NCBI GenBank assembly: GCA_951406725.2
Contig: OX597817.1
Span: 128,402,001-128,466,000 of the forward strand
Length of the DNA stretch: 64,000 nt
Direction: 5' to 3'
Source: Octopus vulgaris
Taxonomy: Eukaryota
Below the pieces are notes generated by a model, which was given only the letters and a program-made list of their open reading frames with translations, was not told the origin of the DNA and ran no database searches. The stretch's first letter is position 1. Every line of letters begins with the position of its first letter. Both the position numbers and the translations under genes were made by a program. Positions 1-11,860 of the stretch are shown piece after piece.

Positions 1-1202
1 TTATTTACAACGCTGCATCAGAAGACATGCGTTTCCCTATTGTGTACAAGCATAAAGGGAAGTTGTAAAAGCCAAACACCCTTTGATGCAGTTTATTTTC
101 TTAAAGTACTTACCTATTAAAAGCTTGTGCATTATTTTCTCATTAGCTCTCGATTTATATAGTTATTCATTTATTTTATGCGCATTTGTTAGTGTATGTG
201 TGTGTGTCTGTGTGTGTGTGTGTGTCTCTGTGTGAGTGTGTCTATGTGTGTGTGTGTGTCTGTGTGTGTGCGTTCGAGTGTGTGTATGTGTGCTAGTATG
301 TGCTTGTGTGTCTACTTATGTATGTATGTGTATATACACACACGCACAAACACACATATATACATACACACACACACACACACATATATACGTACAAAGT
401 TAGCAGTTCTCTTTCATCTTTTAGGAAATATTCGTTTTCTGAAAAAAAGTCTATTTAGTTCTAGCTTCTTTACCTCTGTGAAGATTAATTTTCGGTAAAA
501 GGAAGAAAGAAAGGTAGAATACGTACATATATCCATCCATCCATCCATCCATTCATCTATCCATACTCATACATACACACACGCATACATGCATACATAC
601 ATACATACACACATACATACATACATACATACATACATACATACATACATACATACATACATACATACATACACAGAAGTGATAAATTAGATCATTCTTT
701 TGAGCTTCGGATACAATGTGCCACGGTATTTGTTTCGACTTTCTGCGCTTTGAGTTCAATTTCTGTTATGGCCTAATCATGTGTTAAGTTTAATCCACCT
801 GTAGTTTAACACCGTCTCATGATACCTGGGATGTATTTAGCGGGAACGAGTATGCTTCAAGCTTTCTGGCTTGGCCTCCGGTGTGAAGGTACCTTCCTCC
901 AGCCATTCTCGTTTTCGTTTGTCTAAGGTTGTCTGTATCTGTAATTGTCTGGTTAATCATGAATTGTACGTTATGATTATATTTTATCTTAATCCGATTT
1001 TTAAAAATATATTTAACAATTTCGCTACAACCACAGCGTCCTCAGCATCTCCTTCCACTGCTATCCAGAAGTGACCGTATTGAACCACTGATAAAAGAAT
1101 CAAAATAAACGCTTATAAAAATGTGTATATACAATTAGAATGACAAAGGTGAGATTTCTTTTCCACCTCTGTTTAATAATGGCGGTGAGTGTAAAAATAT
1201 TG

Positions 1203-1965
1203 GTTTCGAATTTTGGTACAACACCAGCAACTTCGGGGGAAGAGGTGAGGCGATTACATCGTCCCCAATACTCAACTTATTTTATCGACCCCGAAAGGAT
1301 GAAAGGTAAGGTCGACCTCCGCGGAATTTGAACTTACGATTCTGTCAGCTCGCTGCCTTGATGAATGATAAAATTTTCCGAAGCCTTTTGTGTCATAGAA
1401 ATTACAAAAATAATAAATGAGGAAAAAAAAGTATGAATTGTTTACCTTGGTTAATCATGGAAGAAAACAACTTCTGAGTGGAGCTCAGTAAAACATCATC
1501 ATTTACAGTGAATAACAACAGCATCAAACAACATAGGTTTCTGATTTAGGTGCATGGGCAGCAATTTTAAGGGCAGATTTTAGTACATGCAATGAAGCCC
1601 ATTACGCGACTGGCACTTTATTTGGTAGATCTACGAAAGGATAAAGGGCAAAACTGACCACAGTGAGATTTGAAACCAGAACGTAAATAACCGGAAGGAA
1701 TACCGTATAGCAATTTGTTAGAGGCGTTAGCCCTTGCTAATTCATCACTTTAGTATTCTTTCCTTTTTACTAAAGTCTCATGGTCTGACACTTTGAGGTG
1801 AGTGGCTACTCGATTACATCCAACAACTGGTACTTATTTGATCCCGAAAGGATGGATAGCAAAGTCGACTTCAGCGGAATTTGAATTTGAACCCAGAAAT
1901 TAAAGCCGGAAAAATGCCGTTAATAATTTTGTCCAGCGTGCGAATGGTTCTGCCTGCTCGCCACA
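1203..1965 (-). mobile_element. Three decayed or partial tRNA-derived SINE family A copies (~1203-1358, ~1540-1750, ~1770-1965)
   Basis: Each matches the recurrent plus-strand motif 'ttatcgaccccgaaaggatgaaaggcaaagtcgacctcggcggaatttgaac...ttctgccagctcgccgcc', the reverse complement of the family A SINE. Confidence 0.75.
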
Positions 1966-2445
1966 TTTTGCTGTTAACAATGACAACAGTTATGTCTTGA
2001 GCTTTATTCCATCAAGACTATAACATGCTAACGAGATAGAAATCGCGTTAGGTGAGTGAATGTTTATCGATCTCATCAATAGGCATTTCAGTTATTTATC
2101 CAGATGAATTTGTACACGTGAAATTAACGTGTAAGTGGTCGAGTATTCCACGCCCAAGTGTACTGTGAACGTAATCCTCAGGACGATCCGGCATGACATA
2201 ATGTAGAGAGGTTGCAATTCTGACTTCGAAGTATAAATCAATCAAAAAAGAGAGGGAGAGAGAGAGCAAGAGAGAGAAGATTCAGTCCCAGTATTTGTGC
2301 TTCACTTATCGATAGCCGATATGAATAAAGAAAAAGTCAGCCTCCGGAGGATTTGAAATCAGAATACGGAGGGAGGGCACGAAACTGTAAAGCATTCTAG
2401 AAAATCTACCAATACACCTCGCCTTAAATAGCGTAAAGACTATAT

Positions 2446-2884
2446 TCTTTCCTACTTCAGGCACAAGGCCAGGAATTTTGGGTGAGAGGGCTAGCCGATT
2501 ACATCGACTCCAATATTTGTATGGCATTCAGTTTATTGACTCCGAAAGAATGAACGGCAAAGTCGACCTTGGCGGAATTTGAACTCAGAACGTAAAGACG
2601 GACGAAATGCCGCTCAGCATTTTTAAAATGATTCTGTCAGCTCGCCGCCTTTGACATAAAAATTTTATTTGTTTCAAATTTTGGCACAAGGCAGCATGTT
2701 TGGACAGGGGGTAAGTCGATTACATCGACCCCAGTGTTCAACTGGTATTTATTTATTGTCCCCGAAAGAATGAAAGGTACAGTCGACCTAGGCAGAATTT
2801 GAATTTGAACTCGGAACGTAAAGACGGACGAAATGCAGTTAACCATTTTGCCCGACGCACTAACGATCCGGCCAGCTCGCCGCC
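2446..2884 (-). mobile_element. Two tandem family A SINEs (2446-2649, 2672-2884), with a tRNA-like head and a Meta/Sauria-like central domain
   Basis: The minus strand reads GGCGGCGAGCTG(G/A)C.G.ATC (A-box region) ... GAGTTCAAAT (B-box) ... GTCGAC.TT.C.TTCATTCTTTCGG.G.CAATAAA ... CCTTGTGCC. The same unit recurs more than 15 times in the window. Confidence 0.85.
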
Positions 2885-3408
2885 TTTTGCAAGAGTTTGT
2901 GTATACACATCTGATCTTAACAAGCACTATACATAAGGAAATTATAGACTTCAAATAATGCTTGTTTGTTTACGTCTGAATATGTGTATATTCATACATG
3001 AATGTCTAATTTGTTTGTGTGCGTATGGGAGTTTGTATATGTGTCTGTATGTAAGTATTGTGTAGCTGTTTGCATGCATTCGTGCATGCTCATGTTCCTA
3101 AGCGCCTAAGGAACTGTTGTATTTCGTCTGAAAGAGGTATTGCCTATGTTCATGAGTTCTAGTGTTCGTGAAGGAGCGTGCACGTGTGCTTCTATGAGTG
3201 CCCATGGTTGTCTATGCACGTGTATGCGTACGCATGGGCACATATACAATGATGAGAAAGGACTTCACAAACACATAGACACACAAACGCTCAAATATAT
3301 ACATACGCACGTACAGGCACATATATTATGCTAAGTATGTATGTATATGTATATAATTATGCGTTAAACACGCCCACAAGAAATCAGATGTGTGCGAGCA
3401 TACATAAT

Positions 3409-3410
3409 TA

Positions 3411-3500
<90 letters not shown>

Positions 3501-3531
3501 CCTATCTACCTGTCTGTCTATCTGTCTGTTG

Positions 3532-3578
<47 letters not shown>

Positions 3579-3617
3579 GTCTATCTGTCTATTTGTGTAT
3601 CTATCTGTCTATTTGTG

Positions 3618-3682
<65 letters not shown>

Positions 3683-3715
3683 GTAGTGTATATATATATA
3701 TATATATATATATAC
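3409..3715. repeat. (TATC)n microsatellite followed by (TA)n
   Basis: Direct inspection; it explains the YLSI/IYLS ORFs. Confidence 0.95.
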
Positions 3716-4261
3716 ACGCAACCCATCCGTTCTTTCAGTCATGCATACTTATATATATTCACATATACACGCACTCACACGCCTATACATAACATCCATA
3801 GACACATACATACACCGTACAGTTATACACGTGTGGAGTGAGTTGTGCGTGAGAGAGGGGGATACCTTCGGGCATGTTAAAGCTAGTTATTGTATGTTAT
3901 TTTCGGAAAAGTAAAAGAAACCTTAGCCGACGCCCACTGCATATCACAATCACCACTTCCATTAGTCTTCCTTCATCAGCTTGTACACCCTTCAACGTCC
4001 TCATAGCCACCCGTCAACGCACCTAATAACGAACTACCCATCCAACCAGTTAATCATCTTCTTCGTACATGCGCGCATAACATAACGAGCGTCCCGCTGT
4101 ACATTATGAAGCACACGCAAAGATTTATGAGCGACGGTGTGTATGCATCTATGTATGTATGTATGTATGTATGTATGTGTGTATGTATGTATGTATGTAT
4201 GTATGTATGTATGTATGTATGTATGTATGTATGTATGTATGTATGTATGCATGCATGTATG

Positions 4262-4505
4262 TCTCTTCTATTTTTTTAATTACTATAAATTTTCCACTGA
4301 GGAGGGAGCCAGTTTCCAACAAGGATACAAGGCCCCATCTTTGGGATGGAGACAGACACAGATAAATTCACATTTGGAACGTGAGAAAAGGTTTGCAAAT
4401 TTTAACTGCTCCACTCACAGATTGCACTTGTAATGTATGAATTAGCCAGTCGATTTCTCTTTCTGAAAATCCAGAATCTCCTTTAAGCATTTACTTTAAG
4501 CATTT
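4262..4505 (-). mobile_element. 3' end of an RLE (R4/Dong-like) non-LTR retrotransposon, subfamily 1
   Basis: The minus strand translates GDSGFSEREIDWLIHTLQVQSVSGAVKICKPFLTFQM*, followed by a ~105-nt 3'UTR running into (CATA)n. It is paralogous to the C-terminus of the neighbouring 4676-5144 fragment. Confidence 0.6.
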
Positions 4506-4536
4506 ATGTATGTATGTATGTATGTATGTATGTATG

Positions 4537-4570
<34 letters not shown>

Positions 4571-4675
4571 TGTATGTATGTATGTATGTATGTATGTACG
4601 TACGTACGTACGTACGTATGTATGTATGTATGTATGTATGTATGTATGTATGTATGTATGTATGTATGTATGTAT

Positions 4676-5144
4676 ATGTGCAGATTTCTATGTTTTGTTT
4701 TATGCATGTATTCTCATATCTAGATATCTAGGTATGCTCATATATACTTAAATGATGAACTTCCGGAAAGACTTACAGATAATTACAGTTCCAGTGATGA
4801 CTTGGATCTGTAGTCATCGAATCAACTTTCTCCTTTCTGATTTTGAGAAGCCTAATTTCTCAAGATTGGTATTTGAGCTGTGTGTTACATATCCCAGTGC
4901 CACCTTAATTACAGGTATAAACCCAAACTTGTAACCTTGGATAGAACAACTGCAGAATTCTCAATAGTTCAGCGTAGGTATTCTCTTTTCGACTGATCTT
5001 CAGCTTTATGTTAACATCCGCTGGGCAGCTGATTTCCACAACTGTGCACAGTTTCTCTTCTCTGACCCACATCATAATATCAGGTCTAGTGTGTTTACAT
5101 TTTATTGGGGTTTTCACTGGGACATTCCGCCAGTACTCTATTTT
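4676..5144 (-). mobile_element. 5'-truncated RLE (R4/Dong-like) non-LTR retrotransposon, subfamily 2 (endonuclease domain plus 3'UTR)
   Basis: EYWRNVPVKTPIKCKHTRPDIMMWVREEKLCTVVEISCPADVNIKLKISRKENTY matches the RLE motif RPD..(D/E)..P...K..Y. It continues, frameshifted, as PVIKVALGYV...LGFSKSERRKLIR*LQIQVITGTVIICKSFRKFII*. Confidence 0.75.
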
Positions 5145-5609
5145 ATGTATGTATGTATGTATGTATGTATGTATGTATGTATGTATGTATGTATGTATGT
5201 ATGTATGTATGTATGCATGTATGTATGTATGCATGTATGTATGTATGTATGTATGTATGTATGTATGTATGCATGCATGCATGTATATATGTATGTATGT
5301 ATTTATGTATGTATGTATGTATGTATGTATGGATGGATGGATGGATGGCTATGTGTATGTATGTATGTATGTATGTATGTATGTAGGTAGGTAGGTAGGT
5401 ATATGTCTTTTATCTTTTACTTGTTTCAGTCATTAGACTGCAGCCATCATGGGGCACCGTGAAGGATTTTAGTCGAACAAAACTACCACATAGCTTACTG
5501 TTTTTAAGTCTGGTATGAACCTAAGCTATGAGAACGCAAACAAAGCAACAGCCGTTGTGAAGCGATGGTAGGGGACAAACACAAACATAAAGACACCTCG
5601 CATCCCAGC

Positions 5610-5645
<36 letters not shown>

Positions 5646-5662
5646 ATATATATATATATATA

Positions 5663-5977
5663 TCTAGGAAGAACATCTGAAAAATGAAAAACCTAGAAAT
5701 GGATAATGCAGTCGAGGTATATGCAGCTGATGAAGATAAATCAAATATACGTTGGCAAACGTATTTTGAAGAGTCTGAAACCGGTACTGCATTATCCGTT
5801 CCTAGGTTTTTCATTTTTCAGATGTTCTTCCTAGAGGTAAGACTATTTTTTTCATGTTTGTTGCACACACGCATCTTAACTAGTACATACGCAGTGAAGC
5901 TATACATTAGCCTCGTATTTATTACATTCGGTATTTTCCAGTAAATATCGGTGCTTCGTTCTGCCATTTATTTACTT

Positions 5978-5978
<1 letters not shown>
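5663..5978 (+). mobile_element. Small non-coding Penelope-like terminal cassette in (TA)n, with a 50-bp inverted repeat and a hammerhead ribozyme
   Basis: (TA)n on both sides; arms 5663-5712 and 5786-5835 are near-perfect reverse complements; a hammerhead core lies between them. Confidence 0.55.
5721..5792 (+). ncRNA. Type I hammerhead ribozyme (predicted cleavage after GUA at 5786)
   Basis: Stem I ATGCAG(5721-26)/CTGCAT(5787-92); core CTGATGA 5727-33; stem II AGAT/GTCT closing the hairpin TCAAATATACGTT-GGCA-AACGTATTTTGA; GAAA 5777-80; palindromic stem III ACCGGT; GTA triplet. Confidence 0.75.
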
Positions 5979-6015
<37 letters not shown>

Positions 6016-6313
6016 AGATATATAGATAGATAGATAGATATATAGATAGATAAATAGATAGATAGGTAGATAGACAGACGGACAGATATATATATGCACA
6101 TCAGGTTTCTTTCTGTTTCTGTCTACCTAACCCATTCACAGGTCTTCGGCTGGTCTAGAGCTATAGAAGATACTTGCTCAAGGTGCCATGCAGTGAGACT
6201 GAACAAGGGACCATCTGATTGGAAGGCAACCTCTTTTCACACGCGCCTTGTATGTGTCTTCCTGTAGCTGCCTCCTAAAAAATGGGGAATAGGCCTGAGT
6301 ATATGATGATAAT

Positions 6314-6348
<35 letters not shown>

Positions 6349-6385
6349 ATGTATATACAGATAGAGAGATAGAGATAGAGAGAGA

Positions 6386-6429
<44 letters not shown>

Positions 6430-7559
6430 GTGAATGAGTGATAGGAGTGGACCTCTGTTGTTGGGAGAGGAAGATTCAGTTATTTGATCAACTGAGTTAT
6501 CTGCTCCTGCATTAACGTTTAAGTAGTTGAACATTCCACAGACATATCCTTAATGCAATACTCAGGTAGAATCAGCCTGACACAGAGTATATCAGGACTT
6601 CACCTTTTGAATTAGAGTTATAATCCACCCGACGTTTTTCGTTGCAGTTTCCGTTTCCCTATAGAAAATGACATTCTCTAAGAGGCCACGCAGTGGTATA
6701 GACCATAGGCCTAGTGATTGCGAAATGAACTTTGAACCATTCGGTTGTACTGCGTCTACACACACACACACACGCACACACACACATCACAAGCATGTTT
6801 CTGTATATGAATAAAGATGTATATGGGGATGTGTAAGTATACGTATTTGTATGTATGCATATATGCATACATATATGTATGTACGTGTATATGCATGTGG
6901 ATGGCAGCATGTATAAAGATATTAGAAACAGTTCTAGCTTTTATCTTGGAAACCGCCGCTTCTGTGAGATTTAAAAAGGGGTGGTTCGCTCTATCCTATT
7001 CGTGGGTGGGGAAGCAAGGTTATAATAGCAGCTCTGCGTAGGCTACCGGTCTTGAAAGCTCGCCACAGGGTTTGTAGTTAAATGAATTATCGGTTAGAGG
7101 AAAATTATAGATGTACAACACACCCATTGAATAGACTGAAAGCTATGAGAATCAAAACAGAGGAAAATGTAAATGAGTAACAAAAGAAACGACGATGAAA
7201 GAAATCAAGACCAAGAATGTTTTGTCTCTGAATGAAGCGTGAAGCTATGGAGTGAGTTCGAGACGTATAAGATTAAGTATAATGGATATAGTTGTATACA
7301 TTGGAAGCTAAATATATTTTCTTAGATAAGGTACAAAATCAGATATATGGATGTCGTGATTAGTCATTTATATCGGCCAAAGCACTTGACTGGTTCTTTA
7401 TGTTATCGATGTAGGGAAGCTAAAGGGAAACGTGTTACTGAATGCACTTATTACGAGTTTCTATAGTTGGAAAAGGCACATTATTGTTCCAACTAAATTG
7501 CCCGATTAGTTGATAGCCTTCAAGTCGGACATTGCAATCGGTAGAAGTCCCGTCATAGA

Positions 7560-7800
7560 CGGAGGATTTTCCGTCCAAGGCCTCGGGATAATTTCCAGAA
7601 ATCACCGGCCTAACAGTGATATCGAGGGAAATTTCCGGTTCATGAACTACTCTACAGGCATCGTATCGTAGTGCCATCAACAAGACCTGCGTGAGATGTG
7701 CGCAGAGCGACAAAACCAGTCTACTTACGTGCTGAAAGCTGCTGCTTCCTGCTAGATGAATCCGGCTCTCAGCGGACTCTTTCGTAAAGACCAAAAGGTA
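7560..7800 (+). pseudogene. Highly decayed Tx1/L1-like retrotransposon C-terminal fragment
   Basis: The plus strand translates TCVRCAQSDKT (CxxC start of a CCHC knuckle) and IRLSADSFVK, with stops and deletions. Confidence 0.4.
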
Positions 7801-8745
7801 ATATATTTTCTTGTTATTTATTTATTTATTTTTTTTGTCTATTAAGAGCAGACAATTTTCATCCGCTGGGTGGTTATATGTGAATGAAATTTTGAGGTGA
7901 ACAAAGCGTAAGTGACTGAAGAAAGATACTTTCCTCTTCGGTTAAGCGTTTAAACTTTTTTTATAATTCCACTTGAAAAGGAAGCTAATGGTTCAGAAAG
8001 AAGTGCCGAATCCTTGCAGTAAATTTCTTGAAAGGAAACTGAATGATGAGGATGGCCCAAGTACGTGGGTTTATTTTGAGCTTGCAGTCATAAGCTAAAG
8101 AGAACGATTGGCTGTCCAAATTAAATCTTTATCACTTTATACCTGTTATAAGTTCTATATATCAGTTCTCTTATATATATCAGTTGTCCTATATATATAT
8201 CAGTTAGCCTATATATCAGTAGTCCTAGATATGAATTTTCCAGCTATGACTTTGTCTGCCATGAGTTGTCCGGGAATGAGATGTCCTGGTATCAGTTGCC
8301 TTGCACGGCTCCAGTCCAGTTAGCTAACAAAATGGAATAATACTTATATGGCAAAGAGCAAATCTTGTCATAATCTGTGTTACATTGAATCTCATTGTAA
8401 ACTGCTTAAAGCGTGGAATGCTCAGTCACTTACACGTTAATTCCAGGAGCAGTTTGTTTTTGTTCTGTTGACCGGATGAACTTGAACATTCGTTGACATA
8501 ACCAACAAGGTCACCGTATATATATTATATATATATATATGTGTGTGTGTGTATGTGTGAGTCTGTATGTGTGTGTGTGGGTGTGTGTCTGTGTGTCTGT
8601 GTGTTTGTAAAGAAAAAATGAAATGGCGATAAAATTGATAATTGATAAACAGTAAATTATCATTTGTTGATTATAAAAAGACAGGGTCTCATCTGACAGC
8701 TGTTTCAGTTGGCGCTATTCAAAGGATTGTCAGTCTTAATTACTA

Positions 8746-8746
8746 C

Positions 8747-8826
<80 letters not shown>

Positions 8827-8837
8827 CAACAATAATA
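8746..8837. repeat. (AAT)n microsatellite
   Basis: Direct inspection; it gives the poly-N ORF. Confidence 0.95.
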
Positions 8838-9019
8838 AAACGAAAAAGAAGAAGAATTATCATTGGAAATAATTAATTATACCAACTTTGTGGAACTTCA
8901 CCAGAGCGGGAAAGTAAAGAAATAATCATAATCAAATATAGGTATGACACCTGTTATTTCATTGGATACAAGTCCTTCTTAGACGGTTGCTATAACCTCT
9001 AGCTTAACTCACATTTCTA

Positions 9020-9272
<253 letters not shown>

Positions 9273-9413
9273 AAGCAGAAGTAACATTAATAAAAATATA
9301 CATATACTGATATTTTGAGTTTTATTTTTCCTGTTTGCATTAACGGACACACCCACGCCGGCACGCACACCACACATATATACATTTATGCATTATGTTA
9401 TTATGTGTGTGTA

Positions 9414-9485
<72 letters not shown>

Positions 9486-9621
9486 TATATATAATTTCAA
9501 ATCAATAATAAAAGGGTAAAATTAATCAATTAAATTAATTCATTAATCAATCAATTAATAATTTTAGCAAGTAGATGGGTACGTTAAAATAAACTTTATA
9601 GGTAAAATTATACAAATATTC

Positions 9622-9816
9622 TATAATTATAACTATAATTATAATTAGGGGCAGCTAATTGCCTCACCACATACCGAATTTAGAAATAGGAGTTAAAAAT
9701 TCCTGTTTTCCTACTATTCTTAGTAGTAGAAATGGGATTTTGATCTCCTATTTCTAAATTCGGCATGTGGGGAAGCAATTAGTTGACCCCTAATTATAAT
9801 TATGTTTATAATTATA
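9622..9816. repeat. ~95-bp-arm fold-back palindrome next to (TA)n
   Basis: Arm 9622-9716 (...taggggcagctaattgcctcaccacataccgaatttagaaataggag...ctacta), loop TTCT, arm 9721-9816 (tagtag...ctcctatttctaaattcggcatgtggggaagcaattagttgacccctaattataa). Confidence 0.85.
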
Positions 9817-9844
9817 ATATATATATATATATATATACATATAT

Positions 9845-10030
9845 AGTGAATCCAAGCAAAGAAGAAACAAGAAAAAACAATAATGCGAGAACGTGGTACA
9901 AGTACTGTATTATCAGACGCTCAGGAAATGATGGAAAGAGGATTTAACGTTTCGAGCCAAGCTCTTCTTCAGAAAAAGAGGAAAGTCCAAGGGAAGACAG
10001 AGGAAGAAAGTCGCCTACGATGCACCCGCG
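9845..10030 (-). mobile_element. Penelope-like tail fragment with a minimal hammerhead motif (9943-9975)
   Basis: The minus strand reads TTT-CTGAAGA-A-GAGC ttg GCTC-GAAACGTT-AAA. Related tails occur at ~10960-11110 (+), ~29400-29520 (+) and 60561-60720 (-). Confidence 0.55.
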
Positions 10031-10149
10031 GAGATGATTGAAAAGTAACTCTCTATTTTAGAATATTTATAAATTATTTATTAATTGTAATTTTGTACAA
10101 AAAATAGATATGAGAGGAAAGCTTTTAATATGAGCTTTATTTATAAGGC

Positions 10150-10335
10150 GTTTTTCCGGGCAAAATTCTTAGCGGTATTTCGTATGACTTTACATTCTGA
10201 GTTCATATTCCACCGAGGTCGACTTTGCCTTTCATCCTTTCGGGGTTAAATTAAGTACCAGTTGCGTACTGGGGTCGATTTAATCCATTGGCCCCCTCCC
10301 CCAAAATTTCGGGCCTTGGGCCTATAGTAGAAAAG
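10150..10335 (+). mobile_element. Family A SINE
   Basis: 'gttcatattccaccgaggtcgactttgcctttcatcctttcggggttaaattaagtaccagttgcgtactggggtcg'. Confidence 0.8.
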
Positions 10336-10448
10336 ACTATGATTTTTATTTATACTTAAAAAATAAGCACAAATGTTTGAGAAAATGTTGCAATAATGAA
10401 TAATTTACAAGTATTTTAAAGAAGGGAGTCACTTTCAAATCACCCTAT

Positions 10449-10524
<76 letters not shown>

Positions 10525-11682
10525 GTATATTTATATATATATGCAAAAATGTTTTCTTTTATGTTCAGTTATAACAAAAGCAATTTTACATTTATCTGAA
10601 GGATTACTGTATACTTATGTAGAGTACAAAAGTATTTATTATTCTTAAACAAGAACAGTGGCTTCTAATTTGGCTAACGACCAGAAATTTCAGAGAAAGG
10701 TAGTGTCGTTTACATCAACCCCAGTGCTCGTCTGGTGTCTATTTTACCGATTCCAAAATGATGAAAGACAAAGACGACCTCAGCAGCGTTTGAACTCAGA
10801 ATGTAAAATCGCAAGAAATGCGGCTAAGCATTTTTTTTTTCCGGTGCGGAAACGATTCTGTAAATTCACCGCCTTATTCTTAAGCAAGAATTTTATCGCC
10901 AATAACTTCAACGTTTCGGTTGGCTAAACCGGCGTCGCATATGTTGGACCACTGAACTCTACGTTTTTTTCATTCTCTATTTATTTCCTCTTATTTCTTT
11001 CTGTCGAAGAGAGTAGGCTCGAAGCGTAAATTACTTTTCTATATTTCCCGTGAGTCAAACTATTACACTTGCTTGTTGATCCTTCACCTGTTTTCGTCTT
11101 TGTTATTTTTTAACATAAGAACTATATATATATACGTGTGTGTATATATATGTGTGTGTGTGTGTGTATCATATACATATATGTATATATATATACATAT
11201 ATCTATGTGTGTGTGTATGTATGCATGTATGTATGTATGTATATATATATGTATGTGCATACGTTCACAAATATGCACACACACATATAGTGTGTTTTAA
11301 AAGTTTGTTTCAGAATTATGGTTTCGGTATAAGTCCCACTGTATGGTGCTTTGGAGAATTGCCTTCAGTTACAGCAAAAGTCGACCTATGCCGTAAATAT
11401 ATGGTTGTCAGAAACTGAGTGGAATCCTGTCATGTATATCTATATACACATGTGTGTGCGCGCGCGCGCATGTATGTCTGCGTGCGCGCGTGCGCGTATG
11501 TTTGTATGTGTGTGTGTGTGTGTGTCTTTGTGTTCGTTCCAATTTGATAGATAGCCGGTGGTTTTCTATTTTTTAGATTCCATAACTTAGCGATTCGACA
11601 TAGTCATTGAAAACGGTGCCCCAGCGTAGCCGCAGCCCTAGAACTGGAATACAAAAAGACAAAAGTATCCGCGGCGCGGATA

Positions 11683-11727
<45 letters not shown>

Positions 11728-11803
11728 GTATAGTATAATATATATATATACGTACGTATAGTTGTGTATGTGCGTGTATACGTGTGTGTGTGTGTGTGTA
11801 TGT

Positions 11804-11860
<57 letters not shown>

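Larger units (their letters stand above)
4140..5395. repeat. Three (TATG)n tracts (4140-4261, 4506-4675, 5145-5385) separated by two retrotransposon 3' fragments
   Basis: Direct inspection. Confidence 0.95.
5408..6250 (-). mobile_element. Family B (CORE-like) SINE split at its internal microsatellite (5408-5600 tail, 6105-6250 head)
   Basis: 'cttttacttgtttcagtcattagactgcagccat' and 'agaagatacttgctcaaggtgccatgcagtgagactgaac' match other family B copies. The minus strand has 'caccttg(g/a)gcaagt', resembling the CORE domain. Confidence 0.7.

Noticed and set aside
820-945. Possible minus-strand exon (open frames after CAATTACAG)
   Set aside because: Weak polypyrimidine tract, weak donor and no recognisable homology.
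3885-3985. Minus-strand CTGATGA-AGGAAGA...TTTTCC-GAAA hammerhead-like core
   Set aside because: No convincing stem III/NUH or stem I pairing follows GAAA; at best a decayed copy.
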